A DNA stretch of 64,000 bases from a virus. Lineage: Duplodnaviria; Caudoviricetes. The stretch lies in the IMG/VR virus record IMGVR_UViG_3300027864_000205, positions 1 through 64,000 of that record. One strand, given 5' to 3'. The notes below the pieces were generated by a model that made no database searches, was not told the DNA's origin, and saw nothing but the letters and a program-made list of their open reading frames with translations. Shown piece after piece: positions 15,870-25,242 of the stretch (within the stretch, counting starts at the first letter, position 1; every line of letters begins with the position of its first letter). The translations under genes were made by a program, and so were the position numbers.

Positions 15870-18800
15870 CATAAGCTTCTTCCCCTTCCTCAAACACTTC
15901 CTCTTGTATAATGCCCATAAAGGCTTCTTTCAACCTTGGCGCTACTGTATCCCAAATACTCTCTTTATCAACGCCGGGTGCTTCAATTTTGCCGTTGCAG
16001 TTTATGTCGAGTTTCACGGCTCTATCTTGCGATTGTCGCGCAGTGCCACGACTATCTTGCGGTGCATTAGACATGGAGGGAGGTGGCGTTATATTGATAG
16101 GTGCTCGACCGTTTTCCGCTGCTGCCATCCTGTGTGATTCGTTTGCAGGGTAAACCCTTTCACCTCCACTGAACGCCATAAGTTCAGGACCTTCTTCACC
16201 TACCCATGCGAGACCGGGAGGTGCGGAACGTGTGCCTGTTGCGTAACCGCCGACATCTGTTCGACCGCCTAACGCTCCGGCAACTGCATTCGCTACTGAT
16301 TCCGCTGCATCTCTCGCTCCGGCTATCCCTGCCCTGATATTTGCGATATACGCATCTATCGTTGCCTGCGCCGCGGCCCCTGCTTCATTCGACATATCCA
16401 TGTCATCGATAGCAATGCCCAAGTTATCCAGAATTTCATCCATTCTGTTGTCAAAATCTGTGCTGATTTCAGCCATTGTCTGAGCAGTAGTATCTCGTGC
16501 TTCTGTTAAGTTTTCAAAGGTAGAGTTGATTTCAGCAATCTTTGCAGCGGCTTCTTCTGGGTCAAGCCCTTCGAGTTCATTAACGAGCGAGGCAACCTGC
16601 GCCATGCTATCTTGACTACCATCACTCAGTTTGGTCAAGAAATCGGTGTTAATGTCGAAGTCTTGCAGTGCTTGCAGATTGTCGTTATACGCTTCAAAGA
16701 ACTTAATTTGAGATTCCCAAGCCTCGATGATATTTTGACTTGCAATCCCGGCTCTTTCCTCTGCCATTTCAAAAAGACCAAATGTGCCTTTGAGACTTCT
16801 TTGTGCAGAGTCGAATGCCACGTCAAAGGCTTCACTAAGTTCGAGCAAGCATTCAACGACACTCTCAATTGCTCGACCGACACCTTCTTCGTAAGTAATC
16901 CCTAATTGAACCGCTTCTGCTTCCGCTCGGGCGAGTGCTTCCGCTTGACTTTCCCACATCGCTTCGGTGGTTGCTTGGATGTGTTGGTTTTCGTAAAGCG
17001 CGGCACTTAATGCCTCGTAAACTTCTCTCGCTTCATCGACTTCTCGCCTATAGCGACTATGATTAAAAGAGAAACGCCCGACCATATCATCTCTGCGCTG
17101 AGCTGCCAAGGTATATTGCTCAGCGGCAAGCTGCAACTTAGCATATAGGTACTCTTCTTGGCGTAGGGCTTCGATGAACGCTTCGTGGGCGGCGGCCGTC
17201 CTTTCGCGCTCAACTTGTGCGGCAGCAAGGTCACGCATAGCCGCTGCGCATAGTACGAGTGATCCTGTAGCCTCGTCTATGTGTTCAGCCATTTCAGGGA
17301 ATTGTGCAACGAGTTCTCCCGTTATCAGAGCCATTTGTTGCTGTTGTGCAGCAGTTATATCCGTAACATCAGATAGAACCTCTAGTCTGCTTATAAGAGC
17401 GCCGGCAGACCGCTCCTCTGCATCAAGAGCGTCCATTGTGGAGTAAAGGGTATCTGCCATTTCGCGGTGATTATCAATTAGCCTGTCAACCGTAGCGTAG
17501 AACTCTTCAAGCGTGACTCGGCTTGCTTCGAAAACAAGTCGAGAGGCTTCAAGTTCTCCGCGCAGCCTTTCGGCTTCTGGTGATAATTCGCCGTGGATCT
17601 CTACTGCACGTCTGTACTCATCGTTGAGCCTTGTAATTTCGTTATAACTCTGTCTTGATGTCATTGTTAGACTGTTGAACTCGGAGTTTGCATCGCTAAG
17701 CGCATTTCCAAGCAAAACCGCACCTGCAACCACAGCGGCAATAGCGCCGGCGATGAGAAACACGGGACCGAGCGCAACTTTTGCAGTAGCTCCGAACACC
17801 GCAGTAACAGTTGTAGCCACCGCTTTCGCGGCAGTATACACCATTACAGCAGAAGTGGCTGCAACTAAGCCAGTACCGATAGTAGCTATCGCAGCGGCAA
17901 CAGCAGGGTTCTCGTTGAGGAAGTCGCCAATCCATTGAACTATATCTGCAAGGCCTTCTGATGCTACAGTTACGGCAGGGGCGAGTACCCCTGTAAATGC
18001 AGCACTAATACTGTTTGTCGCCATTGCCCAGCGTTCTTCAAGCGTAGTCGCAGCTTCGGCAGTAGCTGATAATGTGCCGTCTGCACTTGCAATCTTCTCT
18101 ACCCAATCATCAAAGACCATTGCGCCGGATTGAATTGCAAACGCCAGTTCAGGCCCAGCACGCACACCGAATACTTCCACGGCTCGAGCCGTGGCTTCCG
18201 ATGCGCTTTCCATGTTATAGATTTCTTCGATAGTTTCGCTAAGTGCTTCTCTTGCATCCCTGCCTTCTTGTCCTGCATATATAAGAGACCGCCTGAGTCC
18301 ATACATGGCTGCACCGTAGTCTATACCTTTTTGCTCGAGCCTTGCAAAGAGCGCTACACTCTCGTCCATGCTAAAGTTGAGAGCATCAAGGGTAGCTTGA
18401 TTACCGAGTAGCTTATATGTGAGTTGGTCTACGGCTATACCCGACAGTTGCCCGGCAAGCGTAAACTTATCTAGCACCCTTTCGGTTTCAGTAACTTCTA
18501 TATTCCAGCGCGACATAAGCATCGATACTGTCTTGATGGACGAGGTAACGTCTGCACCTGTCACATCGGCAAAGTCAAGATGTAAGCGTGTTGTCCTCTC
18601 CAGTTCATCGCCTTGGAGATTCAGCCGTGTATTGACTTCCGACAGGGCGCTGGCAACCAATGACAAGTCACCGTTTCGTGCTGTCGCGAATACATTCAAC
18701 ATTGAATTAGATAAGCCGTCAAGTGCTGCGCCTGTCGCACCTGTAGACTTGATTATGATAGCCTCTGCGCGTGAGTGTTCGTTCGCCATTTCGATGACCG

Positions 18801-19080
18801 CATCCGTGACTTGATTAACGAGTTTTGCAAGTCCTGCGGCCACTAATGCGTTTTTTATTACATCAACAGAGTCCGCGATACTGTCGCTCGACCTCTGCAT
18901 AGTGTCTGCTTGATTTTGACCTGCGGAGGCGGCATCGTCGAGAGCTCTCGCAGTGCCGGTAGCTGTACTTCCGACACTTTCTATAGCGTCACCATAGGTT
19001 TCTACATTTTGTGCTGCGCCTTCAAGCACTGCGCTAAATTTATCTTCACCTTGTATGACTGCCGAGAGTATTGCTGACAT
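15862..19080 (-). CDS. Tape measure protein
   Basis: 1072 aa, Ala-rich and helical with hydrophobic stretches; GYATGT...AWVGEEGPEL C-terminal motif. Confidence 0.93.
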   Translation of the reverse strand: MSAILSAVIQGEDKFSAVLEGAAQNVETYGDAIESVGSTATGTARALDDAASAGQNQADTMQRSSDSIADSVDVIKNALVAAGLAKLVNQVTDAVIEMANEHSRAEAIIIKSTGATGAALDGLSNSMLNVFATARNGDLSLVASALSEVNTRLNLQGDELERTTRLHLDFADVTGADVTSSIKTVSMLMSRWNIEVTETERVLDKFTLAGQLSGIAVDQLTYKLLGNQATLDALNFSMDESVALFARLEQKGIDYGAAMYGLRRSLIYAGQEGRDAREALSETIEEIYNMESASEATARAVEVFGVRAGPELAFAIQSGAMVFDDWVEKIASADGTLSATAEAATTLEERWAMATNSISAAFTGVLAPAVTVASEGLADIVQWIGDFLNENPAVAAAIATIGTGLVAATSAVMVYTAAKAVATTVTAVFGATAKVALGPVFLIAGAIAAVVAGAVLLGNALSDANSEFNSLTMTSRQSYNEITRLNDEYRRAVEIHGELSPEAERLRGELEASRLVFEASRVTLEEFYATVDRLIDNHREMADTLYSTMDALDAEERSAGALISRLEVLSDVTDITAAQQQQMALITGELVAQFPEMAEHIDEATGSLVLCAAAMRDLAAAQVERERTAAAHEAFIEALRQEEYLYAKLQLAAEQYTLAAQRRDDMVGRFSFNHSRYRREVDEAREVYEALSAALYENQHIQATTEAMWESQAEALARAEAEAVQLGITYEEGVGRAIESVVECLLELSEAFDVAFDSAQRSLKGTFGLFEMAEERAGIASQNIIEAWESQIKFFEAYNDNLQALQDFDINTDFLTKLSDGSQDSMAQVASLVNELEGLDPEEAAAKIAEINSTFENLTEARDTTAQTMAEISTDFDNRMDEILDNLGIAIDDMDMSNEAGAAAQATIDAYIANIRAGIAGARDAAESVANAVAGALGGRTDVGGYATGTRSAPPGLAWVGEEGPELMAFSGGERVYPANESHRMAAAENGRAPINITPPPSMSNAPQDSRGTARQSQDRAVKLDINCNGKIEAPGVDKESIWDTVAPRLKEAFMGIIQEEVFEEGEEAYAF

Positions 19081-19277
19081 TACACGCCGCCTCCTTTCGC
19101 TATTATGTTCAGTGTGTCAAGCCGTACCGGGTTCTCGTTTTCATAAACCTCAGAGGCGATATAAAAAAGCCGCCTCTCTCGCGGCATTTTCCAAAAATCT
19201 TCCATTCGGAGGTTGTGTTTCTGCCAGAGCGTATGAGCCCAAAAAGCCTCAGAGCCCCGGACGGCAATTAGTTTTTT
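19080..19277 (-). CDS. -1 frameshift extension of the tail assembly chaperone (G-T product)
   Basis: A AAA AAC heptamer at 19271-19277 just before the stop; -1 frame open for 63 codons (..HTLWQKHNLRMEDFWKMPRERRLFYIASE..); its stop overlaps the TMP ATG. Confidence 0.8.
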   Translation of the reverse strand, partial: KKLIAVRGSEAFWAHTLWQKHNLRMEDFWKMPRERRLFYIASEVYENENPVRLDTLNIIAKGGGV

Positions 19278-19765
19278 GCTTCTTCAAGCAGGCTCTCGTC
19301 GTTCGACACAGTTGTGCCCAACCCAAGTGCGTTCATAACCATAGCATTAACATGCTGATACTCACCAGATTTCCAAAACACCTTGAGCGGCATTTCGGTT
19401 ATGTCGTGGCAACTGTAATACTCCATGAGTTCCTTGCTTTTGAGGTCGGGGTACACTAGGGCTTCGGCAATGATATGCCGTACCGCCCGAGGAGTATCAC
19501 GTTCAGTTTTGAACATTACTTCGTTGTTTGGTCCGATATACGGCGAGCCTCTGTCGTTAGTGGCTACGCTACGAGTGCGATAACCTTCAAATAACTTTTG
19601 GATGCGCTCTTGACTCAGCACTTTGATTTCGAGTTCAATGCGATCTCCGTTTTCATCAACAAAAGATTCAGGTGCAGGAGCTTTTACAATTTCATTACGC
19701 TGTTCGCGCATGAAGAAGCTGAGGCTTTTGCTGTTTGAGGTAGCTACTTGTGTTGAAGTATCCAT
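19268..19765 (-). CDS. Tail assembly chaperone (XkdN-like)
   Basis: EALVYPDLKSKELMEYY motif; between tube and TMP. Confidence 0.88.
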   Translation of the reverse strand: MDTSTQVATSNSKSLSFFMREQRNEIVKAPAPESFVDENGDRIELEIKVLSQERIQKLFEGYRTRSVATNDRGSPYIGPNNEVMFKTERDTPRAVRHIIAEALVYPDLKSKELMEYYSCHDITEMPLKVFWKSGEYQHVNAMVMNALGLGTTVSNDESLLEEAKN

Positions 19766-19788
19766 AATTTTAAGTTCTCCTTTCTCTG

Positions 19789-20217
19789 TTAAACCACGCC
19801 TTTTGCGTTAAACGCAATTACATCGTCGAGTACCTGACCAGCGGCATCATGCATGAGCAGGTTCAGGTCGCCTGTCAAGACACAACCCGTAGCTGTTATG
19901 GTGTCGCTTCCGTGTTCTTGGAAGAAATCACTGCCGGAATCGTTCATGATACCTTGGATGGTTAGCTCGGGAGTGCGTCCAGTTCGCAGATAGCCCATTA
20001 TGGTGTTTTTGAGCCAGTTTGTGGTACGCCTACGTGTGATACTGCCTGAAATCGTGTACCCAAGCCACCTTGACGAAGGCGACCTTTCGCCAACCTGACT
20101 GCCCGACCAGACTTGGGGGGTGAAAGTTATTGAACACGCAACCTCATCAAAGATTTCTATGCCATCAATAAACACCTTGCCCTCTTTGAGAGATATTGGG
20201 GCCATGTTATGTTCCAT
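19789..20217 (-). CDS. Tail tube protein (XkdM-like)
   Basis: PISLKEGKVFIDG...ITGSITRRR; follows sheath. Confidence 0.9.
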   Translation of the reverse strand: MEHNMAPISLKEGKVFIDGIEIFDEVACSITFTPQVWSGSQVGERSPSSRWLGYTISGSITRRRTTNWLKNTIMGYLRTGRTPELTIQGIMNDSGSDFFQEHGSDTITATGCVLTGDLNLLMHDAAGQVLDDVIAFNAKGVV

Positions 20218-20232
20218 GATTAGTTATCCTCC

Positions 20233-21561
20233 TTATCGTGTTTTGATTGTGAAGAACAGCTTTTCAGCGCTATCCACAGGCTGTATAAAAACATCAAAGA
20301 AAACTTCATCGCCAATACTTTCGCCTCGGTTCACTCTGAAATCTTCTTCGAAGTTTACATTCATGATGGCGTTGTTTCCCTCGTATCTAAGCAACAATTC
20401 TCTGCCGAGGCCTTCCATAGCATCCCACGCATCTTCATTGTTGTGGAACCTATTTGGTGGGAACTCCAACATTACATCTTTTGCGAAAGAATCGAGTGTT
20501 CGGCGCACACGGTTCTTTCGGTAGTATTCACCTTTCGGTCTTTCAAAGGTGACGAGAGAGTTGATGTCGTACTCAACGGCAACCTCGCCCCGCTCGTTCC
20601 ACGAGAAGAAGAACTCGCCCTTATTGATGGCTGCTTCGGCTTCTTCGTGGTTTTTCTCGCCGAGTATGCTGACGGCTCCTTCGTATGGTCTGTATGTCAG
20701 ACTTTCGATGTGGTAGAGAGCCGCTGCGTCGGATGCTGCAATAAAGGCGGTCGCCTTAAAGGCATCAATCTCGGTGCCATCATTAAGGACAACTCCATTC
20801 GTCACATTTATTATGCCGATGCAGTCTGCTTGCAAGCCTGAAACAGCCGCTGTACGGTATTTCCCGTTATCGCGGAGATACTTGATTTTTGAAGCAACTG
20901 CGGCTTTTAGCGCAGCCTGCGCAATCGGAAAAGCCATAGTATCCCAGCTTTGACTCTCTGAGCTGTCGATATACTTAGTAATGTCGGCATTTGTAGCATT
21001 GCCAGTCACTCCACCCGAGAGAGAGAACCCTGCATGGGCGACTAATGCGCCACCTCCTGCGAAGTCCACCCAATCGTTATTGCCCACCTTGATAAGTTCA
21101 TCAATTTCCGACAACCCGGTGACGTTAAACACGCGGTCAGAGCCCAACCAGACTGAAACATCAAAGCCGCCAGTTGGATTTGCGGTAACTGCAACTCTCA
21201 GGTCATTACCTCTTGCGCCTCCATACTTTGCGGTAACGGTCAGGTTGTTTTCAGTTGCTGTGGCTTTTGCTCCCTGTTTCGGTATATAGACTACAACCTC
21301 AGCAGCCGCCTTCAGTGCTTCACGTACAAGCAGCAACTCCGGGTCAAACACAGAGTAACCTAACTTATGACGTTGAGCTTCAGGCGCATTGCGTGCAATT
21401 CTGATAAACTCTTCTCCCGGACCATACGGATGGTTTATAAGCGGTATTGTTACCGCACCACGGTTTCGCCCTCTGATTCTAGTCGGACGAGTGCTTTCAA
21501 AGTTGATATAGGTTCCCGGGCGCACCTTGCCGACAATTTTGTCAAATGTTCCACCTGGCAT
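20233..21561 (-). CDS. Contractile tail sheath protein (XkdK-like)
   Basis: GGTFD...KVRPGTYINF; AKYGGARGNDL; YRKNRVRRTLD. Confidence 0.95.
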   Translation of the reverse strand: MPGGTFDKIVGKVRPGTYINFESTRPTRIRGRNRGAVTIPLINHPYGPGEEFIRIARNAPEAQRHKLGYSVFDPELLLVREALKAAAEVVVYIPKQGAKATATENNLTVTAKYGGARGNDLRVAVTANPTGGFDVSVWLGSDRVFNVTGLSEIDELIKVGNNDWVDFAGGGALVAHAGFSLSGGVTGNATNADITKYIDSSESQSWDTMAFPIAQAALKAAVASKIKYLRDNGKYRTAAVSGLQADCIGIINVTNGVVLNDGTEIDAFKATAFIAASDAAALYHIESLTYRPYEGAVSILGEKNHEEAEAAINKGEFFFSWNERGEVAVEYDINSLVTFERPKGEYYRKNRVRRTLDSFAKDVMLEFPPNRFHNNEDAWDAMEGLGRELLLRYEGNNAIMNVNFEEDFRVNRGESIGDEVFFDVFIQPVDSAEKLFFTIKTR

Positions 21562-21563
21562 AA

Positions 21564-21821
21564 CTATTTTTCCTCCTTCTTCTCAGGAATGGCTGATAAG
21601 CCACACCATTCTTCGATGTGCGTTCTCATTTCTTCAACTGTGTATGTGCCTTCCAGCGCATATGTCGCGGCATCGTAAGTGCTGGTCGATACGTTAAACA
21701 GTTCCCTGCAATCCACACAAAGTCTCTCAACACTGAACTTGGGCTTTATCTCCGGGTTCGCTTGCGACTCTGTCATGGTTGGGTTTTCGTTGGGCTTATT
21801 TTTTTTGTTGTTTTCTGCCAT
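21564..21821 (-). CDS. Small tail-region hypothetical protein
   Basis: 85-aa ORF with SD, between the terminator and sheath genes. Confidence 0.7.
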   Translation of the reverse strand: MAENNKKNKPNENPTMTESQANPEIKPKFSVERLCVDCRELFNVSTSTYDAATYALEGTYTVEEMRTHIEEWCGLSAIPEKKEEK

Positions 21822-21825
21822 ATGG

Positions 21826-22317
21826 TCATTCCTCCTCTTGATTTATTATGGCAAGAGCGCTATCGTAAGCACTCTTTAATTCGATTGTGGCGTTAATCGC
21901 CGCTATGGCTTGCGATTCTACTCTACGGTATGGGCGCGGACTATCCCACATGAGTGTGATTTGCGCTGCGTTGTCCATGGGTCTCAACAATGGATCTCTC
22001 AGACGGATAATCCGCTTTGTCGGATTACCTTCGTTGTCAACAACAGGTACAGCATTCCTCACAGATTTAAGTGCATTCTGCGCAGTAAAGCCGAGGTCAA
22101 ATGCCAAGCTCGATTTGCTGTGAAAGAACTTCACAAACCAAACAAAATTGAGCGCATACGTGGACATGGTAAACCCCTGTGAATCAACTTCTGGAGGAGG
22201 GAAGTACACAGACGGCACTATAAAATCTTGCGGCATTTTTTCGTAGTATGGCTGCAGGTTTCCCGTGGCTTTGAGCATGAACGCAATAACGCTCGCCATT
22301 TCTCTATCCAATGCCAT
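21826..22317 (-). CDS. Putative tail terminator protein
   Basis: YYEKMPQDFIVPSVYFPPP motif; synteny. Confidence 0.75.
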   Translation of the reverse strand: MALDREMASVIAFMLKATGNLQPYYEKMPQDFIVPSVYFPPPEVDSQGFTMSTYALNFVWFVKFFHSKSSLAFDLGFTAQNALKSVRNAVPVVDNEGNPTKRIIRLRDPLLRPMDNAAQITLMWDSPRPYRRVESQAIAAINATIELKSAYDSALAIINQEEE

Positions 22318-22331
22318 ATAGCAATCTCCCC

Positions 22332-22850
22332 CTAACTAAAGTAGCTGTTAATCCACTGCTGTACTTTTGCTTCAAGCCACTTAGGCAGTATTTTCTCTAA
22401 TATGCGGATAGAAGCTTCCCAATAGTGCGCACCTTCTACCCACTGCTGTTTCAGCATCATGCCCGAGGAAGCGCCGGGCGTGTGAACAAACCTGCCTCCT
22501 CGCCAGTAACCTGGCACGAAGCGCATGGCTACACCCTGCGGATTCATCCAGTGACCATCATTTACAAAAACTGCATATGAAACATTTGTGCCAACTTCAA
22601 GGGTCATGCCCCCGTCGCTTATATTCCACACATTGTCCTCATCGCCCTTGCTGAAGCTGTTCAGCAGCAAGCGTGAGTCCACGACATTTCGCCTGATAAT
22701 TTCGTCTTGGAGGATACGTAGAAACTCGTACCCGATACTTTCGATAAAAAGCGTAAACTCTTCTTTGAAGTCGCCAGATGCTGCACTGCGTAGCTTTTGA
22801 GCAAGTCCTGTAGTATCTTCGAGTGTGATTTTAATGAATGGTGCTGACAT
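22332..22850 (-). CDS. HK97 gp10-like neck/tail-completion protein
   Basis: VVDSRLLLNSF...VGTNVSYAVFVNDGH. Confidence 0.88.
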   Translation of the reverse strand: MSAPFIKITLEDTTGLAQKLRSAASGDFKEEFTLFIESIGYEFLRILQDEIIRRNVVDSRLLLNSFSKGDEDNVWNISDGGMTLEVGTNVSYAVFVNDGHWMNPQGVAMRFVPGYWRGGRFVHTPGASSGMMLKQQWVEGAHYWEASIRILEKILPKWLEAKVQQWINSYFS

Positions 22851-23224
22851 TAGATAGCCTCCTGATTCGCCCTGCGCGTCACCATTACATGAACATGGTG
22901 TCGCCTTACCTTGCGAGGCATTTCAGCGGTGAACTCCAAGCCTGTATCAAGGTCTACTATCTTATCGTTTACTCTTATATCGGTACCCCAGGGAAGCGAG
23001 AGCTTTATCCGCGCATCATAGACTGTCTGAGGTTCGCGCTGTACTACGCTTGCACTGCCGCTCCGTGCGTGAAAGTGGCACGCCACGTTTTCTATATCAG
23101 GTGTATCAGGATATGAGTGTTCAAGCGAGGCTGGAAGTCCGTAACCGGGTGATGCGCCCTCACTTATGATGTGATATACGTTGCACCGATGGAGAAGAAA
23201 ATCAGAAAATCCCACAACTACCAC
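22850..23224 (-). CDS. Head-closure protein (XkdH-like)
   Basis: HRCNVYHI, GTDIRVNDKI; synteny. Confidence 0.75.
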   Translation of the reverse strand: MVVVGFSDFLLHRCNVYHIISEGASPGYGLPASLEHSYPDTPDIENVACHFHARSGSASVVQREPQTVYDARIKLSLPWGTDIRVNDKIVDLDTGLEFTAEMPRKVRRHHVHVMVTRRANQEAI

Positions 23225-23228
23225 CTCC

Positions 23229-23630
23229 TCACAGTTTTCGCAGACTCATATTAACAGGGTTGCGTGCCCTAGCTACAATGTAGTCCGCAAGTAGAGGCTC
23301 AATGTCAATGTTGTCAATCTTGGATTCCGTGTCATGAAGCGTGTAGGAATAATCATCAAAAGACTCACTCCTGAAATTGCCGCTATTTGCATCTGCCCCC
23401 GCAGCGCCAATTGCATACATTTCAGCAAGCAACATTACCGCAGTTTTTACATTTAGAGGTATCTCAGGGAATTCATCGGCATCATCGAAACGGTTTCCGG
23501 TGATAGCGATAACCCGCTGTTCTGCCCTGAGAATATCCACTTTGAGGCGGCTATCATCGCGTGATGTTACTCTTGGGTTCTCGGAGTAGTCTTTTACCTC
23601 TTGAGGCGTTACCCACGGCCTTGTAGCCAT
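23229..23630 (-). CDS. Head-tail adaptor/connector
   Basis: PWVTPQEVKDYS; SESFDDYSYTL. Confidence 0.82.
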   Translation of the reverse strand: MATRPWVTPQEVKDYSENPRVTSRDDSRLKVDILRAEQRVIAITGNRFDDADEFPEIPLNVKTAVMLLAEMYAIGAAGADANSGNFRSESFDDYSYTLHDTESKIDNIDIEPLLADYIVARARNPVNMSLRKL

Positions 23631-23634
23631 GACA

Positions 23635-24147
23635 TCACCCCGCTTCAAACATGCCTGTGCTTATCAGCCTACCCGCGAGGTCTTCGCCTACATTAACAGG
23701 TACACCTTTCAGGAATATTTGACTACCTTTTGTATACGTCGCACCCCTTACGAGTACTACCGCTTTTCCATCCCCGGCAACAGCGGTGTCGCCGCTCTGC
23801 TCGTTGCTCTGAACTTCGGGAGTAGCGGTGCTGGTGCTTTCGTTTGGCTTGCTTTCCTCGTCAGTAGCTTTCGCTTCAATGTCAGCGAATATAAGGTCAG
23901 CACGCATGTCGTTATTTGTTGCCGCAGAAATGTCAACTCCACGCTCCAGAGCAATTGCCTCGAGGCTATCTTTGCCAGCTTTTTTGAGTTGCGACAGGGT
24001 CATTCCATCCCCGGCAACAGCGGTGTCGCCGCTCTGCTCGTTGCTCTGAACTTCGGGAGTAGCGGCAAGCGGAGCCATTCCCGGCATATAAATGCCATTA
24101 TCATCATCGAGCAAGGTTGAGCTACCTGTGTTGTTGTTGTCAGACAT
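23635..24147 (-). CDS. Head-associated acidic protein with a HeH/LEM-like motif and an internal duplication
   Basis: LKKAGKDSLEAIALERGVDI...RADLI motif; AGGAGG SD; follows capsid. Confidence 0.7.
   Translation of the reverse strand: MSDNNNTGSSTLLDDDNGIYMPGMAPLAATPEVQSNEQSGDTAVAGDGMTLSQLKKAGKDSLEAIALERGVDISAATNNDMRADLIFADIEAKATDEESKPNESTSTATPEVQSNEQSGDTAVAGDGKAVVLVRGATYTKGSQIFLKGVPVNVGEDLAGRLISTGMFEAG
23766..24065. repeat. Perfect 63-bp direct repeat (23766-23828 and 24003-24065)
   Basis: ttccatccccggcaacagcggtgtcgccgctctgctcgttgctctgaacttcgggagtagcgg occurs twice. Confidence 0.95.
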
Positions 24148-24274
24148 ATTTATTCCTCCTAATATTATTGTGTAGGTCTATTCCGCAGCCTGTGCAACAC
24201 ATTTTTGTGTTTCTCCCTTATGGGATACTCGTAATCATAAAGCGCAGCACAGGCTTATACAGAATGTGAGATGT

Positions 24275-25228
24275 TTATGGTGTCGGTGTTGTGTCAACTG
24301 TGAAATTGTCAGCAATGACAAATGCATCGGGATTGACAATTTCCATGTCGAAGTCGGCAAGCAAGGTGAACTCGTGACGGGTTTTGCGTGGCACCACCTG
24401 ATGGTAGCTATGCAAGCTTTGTCCGAATACGCCGTATGCGAGGTTTTCAAACGGAGCAAGGAAAATGATATTATCGGGCAGGAAGCCGAGGGGGAAGATT
24501 TCGTGACCGTCGTAAGTCACATGCCTGCCGTCGATAATCATTGAGTCTCCTAGAGCTGTGTTGCGTTGCTGCAGTTGTTGTTTGTATTTGCGATTGACTT
24601 GGTGTGAGCAGAAAATTGTCAAAAGGTTCTTATCTTCCTCTTGGAAGAGTTGGAAGTATTTGCTCGGCATTGCAGTGAGCAGTCCATCAAATACCTTACC
24701 GAGGAAGTCTTCGCTGCCTTCGGTGTCGAATTTGTGGGTCAGTGTATCTTTTTTGGCAAGCTTCACCCAACCATCGTTGATACTCAGGAAATTGTCGTTA
24801 GAGTCGGTATCTCCGTTGATTGCGAGATCAAGAGAGTCATTGACGAATTGCTGTGAAAAGAGTTTTGCAAGCGTGGTGTTGACGTTCCTGCCTTCGATGT
24901 TTTCCTTCATGTACTGGAAAGTGACGTTGTAAGGCATGATAACACCTTCTGCGGTAAGCTTGCGCCTCTTGTGGTCTGCTGTGCCGGATGCGGGGTTGTC
25001 GTCATCTTCAACCTGTGCCCTGAGTGCACGCTTGTTGACGCTTAGGGAGTCAAGGTAGCGTGTAGTCGAACTCATGTTAATGACATCTGTACGCTTGAAA
25101 AATACAGAGTAGTCTTTCATGAATGTCATGAATTGTCTCTGCTGCTCGGTATTCATGGCACCGCCGCTTCCAAGTGCGCTGGAATCAATCGATGCCTTAG
25201 ATACTAGTGTTCTGTTATCCAAACTCAT
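24275..25228 (-). CDS. Major capsid protein (XkdG-like, HK97 fold)
   Basis: GGAMNTEQQRQF; DSLDLAINGD; follows protease. Confidence 0.9.
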   Translation of the reverse strand: MSLDNRTLVSKASIDSSALGSGGAMNTEQQRQFMTFMKDYSVFFKRTDVINMSSTTRYLDSLSVNKRALRAQVEDDDNPASGTADHKRRKLTAEGVIMPYNVTFQYMKENIEGRNVNTTLAKLFSQQFVNDSLDLAINGDTDSNDNFLSINDGWVKLAKKDTLTHKFDTEGSEDFLGKVFDGLLTAMPSKYFQLFQEEDKNLLTIFCSHQVNRKYKQQLQQRNTALGDSMIIDGRHVTYDGHEIFPLGFLPDNIIFLAPFENLAYGVFGQSLHSYHQVVPRKTRHEFTLLADFDMEIVNPDAFVIADNFTVDTTPTP

Positions 25229-25242
25229 TTTTGTTGTCCTCC

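Noticed and set aside
10200-19080. Additional DGR target VRs in tail genes
   Set aside because: No second match to the TR GC-rich core was noticed by eye; an exhaustive alignment was not run
23766-24065. 63-bp repeat pair as CRISPR or a second DGR TR/VR
   Set aside because: Only two copies, in frame inside a coding gene, and fully identical with no adenine-specific differences
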